From contig JAYQUO010000007.1 in assembly GCA_038147995.1 (NCBI GenBank), positions 26,020 to 90,019 on the forward strand: 64,000 nt of DNA, read 5' to 3'. This document shows positions 50,678-59,776 of the stretch, in pieces. The notes under the pieces were generated by a model that saw only the letters and a list, made by a program, of their open reading frames with translations, was not told the DNA's origin and searched no databases. This DNA is from Rhodobiaceae bacterium (lineage in GTDB: Bacteria; Pseudomonadota; Alphaproteobacteria; RS24). The position numbers were made by a program, and so were the translations under genes. Position 1 is the first letter of the stretch; every line of letters starts with the position of its first letter.

Positions 50678-51913
50678 CTAGATCCGCTCAATAATGACAG
50701 CGGGTGCCATGCCACCAGCAGCACACATCGTAATCAGTGCGAATTGTTTGCCGCGGCGTTCCAGTTCATCAAGCGCTGTACCGACCAGCAAAGCCCCAGT
50801 GGCGCCGATCGGGTGTCCAAGTGCAATCGCACCGCCATTGACGTTAATTTTTTCGCGGTCAATGTCGAGGTCACGAATAAACTTTTCGGTGACGACGGCA
50901 AAAGCCTCATTGACCTCGAAGAGGTCAATGTCGGACAAAGACATGCCAGCTTTTTCCAAGACCTTACGCGCGGCGGGAACCGGCGCATTCAGCATCAAGG
51001 TCGGGCTGTCACCCATATTCGCCATAGCCACCACGCGCGCGCGGGGTTTCAGGCCGTGGGCTTTGGCATAGTCGGGTGACGACAAGAGCAGGGCGCCCGC
51101 ACCATCAACAACCCCTGACGAATTGCCGGCATGGTGAATGTGATTAATTGTCAGGTCTGGATAGGCCTTATTCACCAGTTTGCGGAATGTCGTCCCTTGC
51201 TCGTCGAGCGGATAATCTGCCAATTTGGCAAATGAGGGTTCGAGGTTGGCAAGGTCTTCGCGCTTGGTTTGTGGCCGTGGGAACTCTTCCTTGTCGAGAA
51301 TCACATTGCCCTCATCGTCTTTAACCGCGACAAGCGACTTGTCGAAGTGGCCGTTCTCGATGGCGACCTTGGCGCGTTGTTGGCTCTCAAAGGCAAGATC
51401 ATCTACGGCTTCACGTGAAATGCCCTCAAGCGTGGCAATGGCATCGGCGCAAACACCTTGGTGTGGCTGCGGATGCAAGTCGCGCAAATGGAGGTTGCCA
51501 TTATCCATAAAAGGCGATCCGCGGAATCCCTCAGAACCATAGAGCGACATCATTTCCGTGCCACCCGCAATGCAAAGATCTTCCATGCCCGACATAATAT
51601 TGGCGGCAGCAATATTGACGGTGGTAATACCGGAACCGCAGAACCGATCGAGCGTCATAGCGCTGGAGCGCACGTCATAGCCCGCGTCGAGCGCGGCCAT
51701 CCGCCCAAGGTCACCGCCTTGTGGGCCTTTTTGGGAGCTTGTGCCCCAGATGATATCACCGACATCTGCCGTATTAATTTTATTGCGATCAGCAATCGCT
51801 TTCAGCACAGTTGAGCCGAGCCGTTGCGGATGCATTGAGGTCAGGGCGCCTTTGCCCGGTTTGCCAATACCGCGTGGTGTGCGGCAGGCGTCGATAATCC
51901 ATGCTTCTGTCAT
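50678..51913 (-). CDS. Acetyl-CoA C-acyltransferase (thiolase)
   Basis: It has the active-site Cys in RFCGSGITT, and the C-terminal motifs NVNGGAIALGHPIGATG and CAAGGMA. The start is taken at MTEAWIIDACRTPRG, with a GGAGGA RBS. Confidence 0.93.
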   Translation of the reverse strand: MTEAWIIDACRTPRGIGKPGKGALTSMHPQRLGSTVLKAIADRNKINTADVGDIIWGTSSQKGPQGGDLGRMAALDAGYDVRSSAMTLDRFCGSGITTVNIAAANIMSGMEDLCIAGGTEMMSLYGSEGFRGSPFMDNGNLHLRDLHPQPHQGVCADAIATLEGISREAVDDLAFESQQRAKVAIENGHFDKSLVAVKDDEGNVILDKEEFPRPQTKREDLANLEPSFAKLADYPLDEQGTTFRKLVNKAYPDLTINHIHHAGNSSGVVDGAGALLLSSPDYAKAHGLKPRARVVAMANMGDSPTLMLNAPVPAARKVLEKAGMSLSDIDLFEVNEAFAVVTEKFIRDLDIDREKINVNGGAIALGHPIGATGALLVGTALDELERRGKQFALITMCAAGGMAPAVIIERI

Positions 51914-52339
51914 GCTTTTCCTCCTAAACAGAAAGAGCGATTTTGGCAGGGGTAAGGACGCTCGGCAACGCGATATTTCGTCCCATAGCGAGTTAGGCAC
52001 AATTCATTTCTCGGCCGAATCTCATTTTCATCTTGGTCTGCGCAAGCGACAGCCGACAATTGACGTGATTGAATATTCGTAAATTGCCCGCCGAAAACAT
52101 TTTAAATAGCCTAACAAATTGGTCAGGCATTTAGGTTAAAATAGGTTTTTTTCTGTAAAAACTTAGCATTTAGTGGCGAATTTTATAGTTTTGCCGCTTG
52201 TATTATGTTGGTTTTTTTTCTAGCGTTCCCAGTACTCGTCTCGCGTGGGAGTTATGCAAGGGACGTTAAATCGAGAGGGGCATGTTCTCCCGTTTAGGGC
52301 GAGGATGGTCTTTGCAGTAATAATTGATGGGAAATTGAT

Positions 52340-53116
52340 ATGCGATTTACGAAATCTGCTGTCGGGCTTATGTTGATGGGCCTCGTCATTGCTTCGCTGG
52401 GAACGCCGATTGGTGCACTGGCGCAGTCACTGGATAATGTTACCGATACGTCTCAAGGGGCCGTATCAGATGGGGTGAAGTCTCAAGGACGGGTTGACAA
52501 GCTGGACGATGAAACCGGCGAGATCGTGCGAGAATATCGTGCGGCTTTAATTCAGCTCCAGTCGTTGCGTGAGTATAATGCGCAGCTTGAGAAGCTTATC
52601 TCGGCGCAGAAAGCTGAGATGGTCTCCATCCGCAAGCAGATTGAAGATGTCACCAATGTTGACCGTACAATCGTCCCTCTGATGTTCCGTATGATCGATG
52701 CGCTTGAGCAGTTCGTAAAATTGGACGTGCCGTTCTTAATCGACCAGCGTAATGCCCGGATTGCCAGCTTACGTGAATTGATGGATCGGTCGGACGCAAG
52801 CCCAGCTGAGAAATACAGAAAAATTCTCGAAGCCTATGAGATAGAAAATGAGTACGGCCGCACGATCGAAGCCTATGAAGGCGAGATGGACGTCGAAGGC
52901 GAAGAGCGCACTGTCTCCTTCTTGCGGATTGGTCGCGTGTCACTCATTTATCAGACGCTGGACGGCGGGGTCAGCGGAGTTTGGTCGCAAGACGAGCGCG
53001 CTTTTGTTGATCTCGACGGCGATTTTGACGGCGAGTTAAGAAGCGCTCTGCGGGTTGCAAAACAGCAAGCGGCTCCTGATTTGTTGATCATTCCGGTTGC
53101 GCGTAGCGCTCAATAA
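52340..53116 (+). CDS. DUF3450-like periplasmic coiled-coil protein (TtpB-like, TonB2-system component)
   Basis: It has a signal peptide ending ALAQS, a heptad-rich region, and is 258 aa. It is the first gene of the TonB2-type cluster. Confidence 0.65.
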   Translation: MRFTKSAVGLMLMGLVIASLGTPIGALAQSLDNVTDTSQGAVSDGVKSQGRVDKLDDETGEIVREYRAALIQLQSLREYNAQLEKLISAQKAEMVSIRKQIEDVTNVDRTIVPLMFRMIDALEQFVKLDVPFLIDQRNARIASLRELMDRSDASPAEKYRKILEAYEIENEYGRTIEAYEGEMDVEGEERTVSFLRIGRVSLIYQTLDGGVSGVWSQDERAFVDLDGDFDGELRSALRVAKQQAAPDLLIIPVARSAQ

Positions 53117-53127
53117 GGGGAAATAAG

Positions 53128-54516
53128 ATGTCTATTTTGAAAAAGTTCTCACTTGCTCTGGGCGCCGCGATCGTCGCGTTGAGCTTTCAAACCCAGACGC
53201 CCCAGGCGCAGGAAGCCAAGCAAACAAGCGATGATGCTGTGACCCTACAGCAGCTGTTGGATCGCGTGCGTGATGGCCGCGTGCGTGACCAAGGCTTCTA
53301 CAAAAAGCGTGAGCAAGAGTTTTTGCGTGATCGCAATAAACAAAAGGCGTTGCTTGATAAAACCAACGCTGAAATTAAAGCGGAAGAGGCGCGCAGTGAG
53401 CGTCTTGAAAAGACCTTTAACGAAAACGAGCTTAAACTTGCTGAACTCGAAGGGCTGTTGAACGAACGGCTCGGCGTTTATGGCGAGTTGTTTGGTATCG
53501 TGCGTCAGGTGGCCGGTGAGACCCGCGCCCAACTCGACGAGAGCATTATCTCCGGCGAGCTTCCTGATCGTACTGCGCCGCTTGCCAAATTGTCGAAAAC
53601 CAAAGGGTTGCCCGAAATGTCGCAACTCGAAGATTTGTGGTTCGCGCTACAACAAGAAATGACGGCGCAAGGGCAAGTTAAAACCTATGAAGGTAATATC
53701 ATTAACCTCGACGGAACCGTTCGCAGTGGAACAGTAACGCGGGTTGGACCATTTACAGCGATCAGTGACGGTGACTTCCTGCGCTATTCAGGTGATGGGC
53801 GTTATGCAGACTTAGGTCGCCAACCGCCCTCACGCTTTGGAAGCGCAGCTGGCGATATTGAAGATGCCGAGGCAGGGGAAATTGCCGCTGCGGTTGTTGA
53901 TCCGTCACGCGGTGCTATCTTGAACCTGTTCATGCAGATGCCAACTCTTGGCGAGCGTATCAATCAAGGTGGCCTTGTTGGTTACGTGATTATCATTCTC
54001 GGCCTGTTGGGCGCAGTTTTGGCCGTCGAGCGCATTGTTACTCTGTCGCGCACGGCGAAGTCGGTGCGTCAGCAGTTGGCCTCAGGGTCAGCGGCTGGGG
54101 ACTCGCCGCTGGGACGCGTGTGGAGTGCATACGAGTCGAACAAATCAGCCGATGTTGAGACCCTCGAGCTCAAATTGGATGATGCAATCTTGAAAGAGAT
54201 GCCAGCGCTTGAGCGTGGATTGCCGCTCCTGAAATTGCTTTCAGGGGTTGCACCTCTGCTCGGACTGTTGGGGACGGTGACAGGTATGATCCTGACCTTC
54301 CAAGCAATTACCTTGTTTGGTACAGGTGATCCAAAACTGATGGCTGGCGGTATTTCGCAAGCTCTGATGACAACTGTTCTTGGTCTCGTGGTCGCAATTC
54401 CAATCCTGCTATTGCATGCTGTTGCCGCAACGCGCTCGCGCGAGGTGGTGCAGGTGTTGGAAGAGCAAGCCGCAGGTCTGATTGCAGCCCATGCGGAGAA
54501 ATCCGGGAAACGATAG
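53128..54516 (+). CDS. Large MotA/TolQ/ExbB-family proton-channel protein (TtpC-like)
   Basis: 462 aa. An N-terminal signal-like segment and an approximately 280-aa coiled-coil/periplasmic region precede three TMs. The channel signature APLLGLLGTVTGMILTF is present. Confidence 0.8.
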   Translation: MSILKKFSLALGAAIVALSFQTQTPQAQEAKQTSDDAVTLQQLLDRVRDGRVRDQGFYKKREQEFLRDRNKQKALLDKTNAEIKAEEARSERLEKTFNENELKLAELEGLLNERLGVYGELFGIVRQVAGETRAQLDESIISGELPDRTAPLAKLSKTKGLPEMSQLEDLWFALQQEMTAQGQVKTYEGNIINLDGTVRSGTVTRVGPFTAISDGDFLRYSGDGRYADLGRQPPSRFGSAAGDIEDAEAGEIAAAVVDPSRGAILNLFMQMPTLGERINQGGLVGYVIIILGLLGAVLAVERIVTLSRTAKSVRQQLASGSAAGDSPLGRVWSAYESNKSADVETLELKLDDAILKEMPALERGLPLLKLLSGVAPLLGLLGTVTGMILTFQAITLFGTGDPKLMAGGISQALMTTVLGLVVAIPILLLHAVAATRSREVVQVLEEQAAGLIAAHAEKSGKR

Positions 54517-54527
54517 GTCCTTAGGTC

Positions 54528-55082
54528 ATGGAATTCTCAGATATCATTTGGCTTTTCCTAAATCCTTTCGAGGCGTTCCGCGGCGTGCGGGACTTCCTCG
54601 AATTGGGTGGGAATGTTTTAATGGCTATTATGATCGTGACCTTCCTGTTGTGGGGATTGATATATGAACGCTATATCTATCTCACGCGGAGCTTTCCCGA
54701 GTTGGCTGACCACTACAAGTCACTCTGGGCAGCGCGGAGCGAGCACCATAGCTGGGCGGCGCATCAAATTCGCCGTCAGTACATCAGTGACGCGCGCGTC
54801 AATGCCAATCGCAACCTAACCTATATTAAGGTGCTGGTGGCGCTGGCGCCGTTTCTGGGGCTATTAGGCACAGTCACGGGCATGGTTGAAGTTTTTGATG
54901 TGATGGCTGTGATGGGGTCGGGCAATGCGCGAGCCATGGCGGCTGGCATTTCCAAAGCAACCTTGCCGACGATGGCGGGGATGGTTGTAGCCCTGTCGGG
55001 ACTGTTTTTTACATCGAGCTTAGAGCGGCGCGCCTCGCGGGCCGTAGAGAGCGTCGAAGACCAGTTATTGCTGGCTGATTAG
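54528..55082 (+). CDS. exbB: ExbB (MotA/TolQ/ExbB family, short form)
   Basis: 184 aa with three TMs and the signature APFLGLLGTVTGMVEVF. Confidence 0.85.
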   Translation: MEFSDIIWLFLNPFEAFRGVRDFLELGGNVLMAIMIVTFLLWGLIYERYIYLTRSFPELADHYKSLWAARSEHHSWAAHQIRRQYISDARVNANRNLTYIKVLVALAPFLGLLGTVTGMVEVFDVMAVMGSGNARAMAAGISKATLPTMAGMVVALSGLFFTSSLERRASRAVESVEDQLLLAD

Positions 55083-55100
55083 GCCAGGTGGAGGATAATT

Positions 55101-55502
55101 ATGCGCAGTAGAAGAGCTAAAGCAGACGAGGATATGGGGATCGATCTAACCCCAATGCTGGACATCGTGTTCATCATGCTGATCTTCTTCATCGTGACAG
55201 CCACTTTCGTCAAAGAAAGTGGGATCGACGTCACGCGTCCCGATGCAGAGACAGCCGTGAAACAGTCGCGCGTTGGTATTTTGATCGCAATCAATGAAAA
55301 TAGCGAAGTCTGGATTAACCGCCGGCAAGTCGATCTTGCTGCCGTACGCGCCAATGTTGAGCGTCTGCATGCCGAAAACCCACAGGGCGGCGCCGTCATT
55401 CAAGCTGATGAAAAAGCCCAAACGGGTGTTTTGGTCGAGATTATGGACCAAGTTCGTCTGGCAGGTGTTGGTTCCATTTCGATTGCCGCTGAGGAGAAAT
55501 AA
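55101..55502 (+). CDS. exbD: ExbD/TolR-family protein
   Basis: 133 aa. The N-terminal TM segment DLTPMLDIVFIMLIFFIVT is followed by a periplasmic domain. Confidence 0.88.
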   Translation: MRSRRAKADEDMGIDLTPMLDIVFIMLIFFIVTATFVKESGIDVTRPDAETAVKQSRVGILIAINENSEVWINRRQVDLAAVRANVERLHAENPQGGAVIQADEKAQTGVLVEIMDQVRLAGVGSISIAAEEK

Positions 55503-55507
55503 GACCG

Positions 55508-56119
55508 ATGGCTGCAACGAACACAGCACGGCAGGGGTCATCTTGGGCCCTCGGTTTTGTAACCACCATGGCGCTCTTTCTGGTTATGAAAGTTCTGGTC
55601 ACGGGTAGCGAATATGAGATCGAAAAAGCAGCGGCTGATATTTCAATTGATTTCGTGCGCGTCGACCGTGATGAGGAAGTAAATTCGAAGGATCGTTCAC
55701 CCAAACGCCCGACCAAACAGGAGCCTGACGAGCCACCACCACCTCCGAAATTGGATCAGGTGCAGCGACCCAATATGGACAAAGCGTCGGCTTCTGCGGA
55801 TTTCGGCGATTTGGCACTGGGGATGAACTTGAACGCGCCAGTCGACGGCGATGCGCTCGCGATTGTGCGCGTTTTACCGCAATACCCAAATCGCGCCTTG
55901 TCGCGTGGTATCGAAGGCTGGGTGCTGCTCGAATTCACGATCAATGAGGTCGGGCTGGCGATGGATCCTTATGTGATTGATGCCGACCCGCCAAATATAT
56001 TTGATCGTGCAGCTATTAATGCTGTGCGGAAATGGAAATACCGGCCGATGATGGAAGGTGGACGGGCTGTGCCGCGTCCAGGGGTTCGTCAGCTGATCAG
56101 TTTCCAAATTGCGAAATAA
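55508..56119 (+). CDS. tonB: Energy transducer TonB
   Basis: It has an N-terminal TM, a Pro-rich linker (EPDEPPPPPK) and a TonB C-terminal domain (YPNRALSRGIEGWVLLEF...AAINAVRKWKYRP). Confidence 0.88.
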   Translation: MAATNTARQGSSWALGFVTTMALFLVMKVLVTGSEYEIEKAAADISIDFVRVDRDEEVNSKDRSPKRPTKQEPDEPPPPPKLDQVQRPNMDKASASADFGDLALGMNLNAPVDGDALAIVRVLPQYPNRALSRGIEGWVLLEFTINEVGLAMDPYVIDADPPNIFDRAAINAVRKWKYRPMMEGGRAVPRPGVRQLISFQIAK

Positions 56120-56133
56120 GTGTGAGATTGGAT

Positions 56134-57444
56134 ATGAAACCGACACGGATAGTTTTTCTTGCTTTGGTAATAGCCGTATTCGGCTCCTCCTTGCCGCAGA
56201 TTGTGCCGATGCTGGATGCGTCAGCCATCGCTGCTGAGCGTCGCGAGAAGCCCAAGACGCGTAAGTCTGAAGTGCTTGGAAAAGCTGCGTTTGCCAAGAT
56301 TGAAGAGTCGCAAACCTTGCTCTCCGAAGGCAAGCACCAGCAATCGCTCGACGTGTTGCAATCTATTCTCGATAGTAGCAAATTTAAGCCTTATGAAAAG
56401 GCGGTCGCCATTCAGACGATGGGGTATGTGTTTGCCGATAAGGGCGATTACACAAAAACCATTCAGACATTTGAACGCGCAATCAATACGGGTGATTTGC
56501 CGCCCCGCGTCGTCAGTGATTTGACCTATAATCTCGCGCAGTTGAATCTAGCGGAGGATAACCCCAAGAAAGCTCTCCAGCTTCTCAATCGTTGGTTCAA
56601 TGAAGTTGAGGGTGAGCCAGCGGCGGACGCGTTTGCTCTCTTGGCGCAGACCCATTTGATGCTGGAAGATTTTAAAAACGCCGAAGTCGCTATCCGCAAG
56701 GCGATCAAACAAGTCGAAGAGCCAAAAAAACAGTGGGTTCGGATTTTGCTCGCGATCTTGTTGCAGGGCGAGCGTTATAAAGAAGCGCGCCCAATTCTAG
56801 AGGATGCGGTTCAGCGTTGGCCAGGTGAAAAAGCCTTTTGGCAGCAAATCACCGCCGTTTATTACGAAACCAATAGCGAAGATTTAGCCTTTGTGGCGCA
56901 GGAGGCGATGCACATCCAAGGCATGCTGACAACGTCGAAAGAGCTCAGCCGTATGGCACAACTCTACCTGTATCATGGGGTGCCGATCAAAGCGGCCAAT
57001 ATTCTCGACAAGGGTTTGAAAGACGGCAGCATTGAAAAAACAATGAAAAATTATGAAATGCTGGCAAATGCATTCATGCATGCACGCGAATGGCAAAAGT
57101 CGATCTCGCCGCTGACTATTGCTGCCGATAAGTCGGATGACGGCAAACTGTATCTGCAGTTGGGTCAGTCCTATTTACAAGACGAGAAATGGAAAGACGC
57201 CGAATCCGCGCTAGAGAAAGCGATCAAAAAGGGTGGCCTGAAGGATACAGGGCAGACCTATCTCTTGCTGGGGATCACCCGCACGAAGCTCGAGAAATGG
57301 GAACCAGCGATGAAATCCTTCCGTAAGGCAGGTGATTTCGACGATGTTGCCAAGGATGCATTCCGTTGGATCCGCTCGATCGAGCGTAAGCTTGCAGAAA
57401 TTCGTCGTCTTGAAGAAGCAGAAGCGAAAAACAAAGAAGGCTAG
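56134..57444 (+). CDS. Exported TPR-repeat protein (TtpD-like)
   Basis: The start is taken at MKPTRIVFLALVIAVFG (signal peptide). Repeated TPR-like helices run throughout. The ORF-track start at 56032 lies inside tonB. Confidence 0.7.
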   Translation: MKPTRIVFLALVIAVFGSSLPQIVPMLDASAIAAERREKPKTRKSEVLGKAAFAKIEESQTLLSEGKHQQSLDVLQSILDSSKFKPYEKAVAIQTMGYVFADKGDYTKTIQTFERAINTGDLPPRVVSDLTYNLAQLNLAEDNPKKALQLLNRWFNEVEGEPAADAFALLAQTHLMLEDFKNAEVAIRKAIKQVEEPKKQWVRILLAILLQGERYKEARPILEDAVQRWPGEKAFWQQITAVYYETNSEDLAFVAQEAMHIQGMLTTSKELSRMAQLYLYHGVPIKAANILDKGLKDGSIEKTMKNYEMLANAFMHAREWQKSISPLTIAADKSDDGKLYLQLGQSYLQDEKWKDAESALEKAIKKGGLKDTGQTYLLLGITRTKLEKWEPAMKSFRKAGDFDDVAKDAFRWIRSIERKLAEIRRLEEAEAKNKEG

Positions 57445-57523
57445 GGCGTTCGGCCTTAATTAGGTCATAATTTTGCCCGAGGTTGGAGCATTCTAACCCC
57501 TTTATTCGTCGCGAGGATCTGTG

Positions 57524-58003
57524 ATGCCAAAAATTTTTCCAACCGTGATTACGGCTTTCGTTCTGTCCCTCTCGCTCAGCGCTTGTGCTAGTCTCGACAG
57601 CAAGAAACCCAATGTTGTTCAGCCCGGTGATACGCAACGTATGGAGCGGGTTCGCACAGGCCTCGTCCTTGATGTCACTGAGGTGACAATCGCGGGTGAC
57701 TCGAAAATCGGTACCGCAGTAGGCGCTGTCCTTGGCGGTGTTATTGGGAGCCAAGCGACACGCACGCAAGGCTCCGGTACGCGCGCAGCAGGCGGCGTCG
57801 GTGGTGCTGTTGCGGGCGGTGTCTTGGGAAATAAGCTGGGTGGCGCATTGACCAATAAAAAGGGCGTGCAGTTGCTGATCGAATTTGAAAATAAGGACGT
57901 CATGAGCATTGTCCAAGAGGCGGACCCAAATATCACCTTCGAGATTGGGCAGACGGTGCGCATAATTGGTGATGTCAAAATGCGGATCATTCCTGTCTCC
58001 TAA
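57524..58003 (+). CDS. Glycine-zipper outer-membrane lipoprotein (SlyB/Pcp-like)
   Basis: It has the lipobox LSLSAC after an N-terminal signal. A Gly-zipper block (GTAVGAVLGGVIGS...GGVGGAVAGGVLG) is present. GAGGA RBS. Confidence 0.65.
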   Translation: MPKIFPTVITAFVLSLSLSACASLDSKKPNVVQPGDTQRMERVRTGLVLDVTEVTIAGDSKIGTAVGAVLGGVIGSQATRTQGSGTRAAGGVGGAVAGGVLGNKLGGALTNKKGVQLLIEFENKDVMSIVQEADPNITFEIGQTVRIIGDVKMRIIPVS

Positions 58004-58051
58004 AATCTCTGCGTGCTATAATCTGACGTCTCGTCGCGAAGGTTATGATGT

Positions 58052-58405
58052 ATGACGATGCCCGATGATAAAAACTTGCCCGCTTGGTTGAAGCCGCAAT
58101 CGGCATCCTCGCCTGTTTTAGATATGCTTGGTGACAATGCACAATCGACGACCGAGGTTCGTACGGTTGAAAAACCAGCTTCTGGCGAGACGACTTTTGG
58201 ATCGATAGACGACATGGCTATTCCGTCGCGACCACAGGACGAGGTCGTGCCGAGCACAGAACAGCAGGTGGAGGTCGTCGCGCAACGGCGTGGCGTTTTT
58301 AATCGGCTCGCAGGTGTGTTTCAGGTGATATTTATTTTCTGCATTATGCTGGCGGCAAGCCTAATTGCTGGCTTCTTATTTGGCTATCTCGGGCTCGGTT
58401 TCTAG
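58052..58405 (+). CDS. Hypothetical small protein, disordered N-terminal part plus one C-terminal TM
   Basis: 117-aa ORF with no recognisable family. The C-terminal hydrophobic helix is VFQVIFIFCIMLAASLIAGFLFGYLGLGF. Coding status is unproven. Confidence 0.35.
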   Translation: MTMPDDKNLPAWLKPQSASSPVLDMLGDNAQSTTEVRTVEKPASGETTFGSIDDMAIPSRPQDEVVPSTEQQVEVVAQRRGVFNRLAGVFQVIFIFCIMLAASLIAGFLFGYLGLGF

Positions 58406-59634
58406 CCAGCATCCTTTAATTCAGACAACCAATTTTTCGGGCTCTCGCTCGGGTCCGTGAGGCGGTCAGGGGCAAAGACAAAACCGTGGCACGCTTTTTC
58501 CACCATCTGCCGACCCGCCATGAATTCCGCAGGCCGGTTCACCGCCTCAACAGCAACCAGCTGTTGATCGCGGAAATGGTAGCGGGCGAAACTGTCGCCT
58601 TCGCCGCGCGTATAACTCGCGGTAACGCCTTCGGCCAAACCACAAATCTGCAGCTTAATATCGTACTGATCTGACCAGAACCACGGAATTTGGTGATATG
58701 GAGATGATTGCCCGAGGATATGGGCAGCGACTGTTTTGCCCTGTTCGATCGCATTGGGGACGGACTCAAGGCGAAGTCGATGTCCGATCAGATTGTTTGG
58801 GTGATTGCTACAATCACCCGCGGCATAAATATTGGGGTCTGAGGTGAGGCCGTTTTCATCAACAACAATGCCATTATCGACTGTCAGGCCGGCGCTCTCG
58901 GCCAGTTCAACATTGGGGACGATGCCGACCCCCATGACAATAAAATCTGCGGCAATTGATCTGCCGTCGGCGAGTTGTACTGCCTCAATATGGCCGTCCC
59001 CAACAAGCTCCGAAATTTGACACGCGGTCTCGATGGATACGCCGTGGCGCGCGTGAAGGTTGGTGAAAAAGGCCGATAAGAATGGATCTGCAACGCGGGC
59101 GAGCACCCGCGGTGCGGCCTCGAGCACAGTGACATCAAGCTCTTTTTGACGACAGGCGGCGGCGGTCTCCAGGCCAATATACCCCCCGCCAATAATAACG
59201 AGGTGTTTTTGAGCCTCAACGTTGGGGCGTAGCGCCTCGATATCGGCTATAGATCGCAGATCGTGAACGCCGGCTAAATCGATGCCCGTAAGGGGAAGTT
59301 GGCGCGGCCTGCTGCCGGTTGCTATGACCAGATTATCATAAGCGAGTTGTGTGCCATCTTGTAACGCCACGGTTTTATCAGCGGGGGAAATCGCCGTGGC
59401 GCGACACGTCAAAAGAGTCTCGATCTTTTGATCAGCGTAATAATCCGCTGGACGGAGATATAGACGTTCCTTCTCCATTTCGCCCATCATAAATTTTTTA
59501 GAGAGGGGTGGGCGCTGATAAGGCAGGTCAGTTTCATCACCAATCAGCGTGATGGCACCATCATAGCCGCCTTGGCGTAGGCTCAAAATAGTTTGTATCG
59601 CCGCCTGACCAGCCCCAATTATGACGGTTTTCAT
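58402..59634 (-). CDS. FAD-dependent NAD(P)H:ferredoxin/rubredoxin reductase-like oxidoreductase
   Basis: It has two Rossmann motifs (VIIGAGQAA and VIIGGGYIGLE), the YAAGDC FAD motif and a C-terminal reductase dimerisation domain. 410 aa. Confidence 0.85.
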   Translation of the reverse strand: MKTVIIGAGQAAIQTILSLRQGGYDGAITLIGDETDLPYQRPPLSKKFMMGEMEKERLYLRPADYYADQKIETLLTCRATAISPADKTVALQDGTQLAYDNLVIATGSRPRQLPLTGIDLAGVHDLRSIADIEALRPNVEAQKHLVIIGGGYIGLETAAACRQKELDVTVLEAAPRVLARVADPFLSAFFTNLHARHGVSIETACQISELVGDGHIEAVQLADGRSIAADFIVMGVGIVPNVELAESAGLTVDNGIVVDENGLTSDPNIYAAGDCSNHPNNLIGHRLRLESVPNAIEQGKTVAAHILGQSSPYHQIPWFWSDQYDIKLQICGLAEGVTASYTRGEGDSFARYHFRDQQLVAVEAVNRPAEFMAGRQMVEKACHGFVFAPDRLTDPSESPKNWLSELKDAG

Positions 59635-59776
59635 CGAAATACTCCCTCAAAACCTGTCCGATTTTTAAGCATATTATCAAAATAAAGCAACGCTGTACGC
59701 CTTTTACTGGGATTGTTCAGAGGTTATAACAAGGTCAATCAATAAAGCGCGGTGGCGCAAATGGGAGATCAAGTTC

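Noticed and set aside
52127-52173. The 8-mer gcatttag is repeated 39 nt apart upstream of the TonB2-type cluster. I also tried to fit a Fur box near 52316-52339 (aataattgatgggaaattgat).
   Set aside because: An 8-mer repeat in 426 bp is expected by chance more than once. The Fur-box fit is poor, matching well under half of the 19-bp consensus. No Irr ICE-like palindrome was seen.
52205-52297. A 30-codon ORF (MLVFFLAFPVLV...) with a hydrophobic N terminus lies in the thiolase/TonB spacer.
   Set aside because: It has no Shine-Dalgarno sequence upstream and starts within a T-rich tract. Nothing supports translation.
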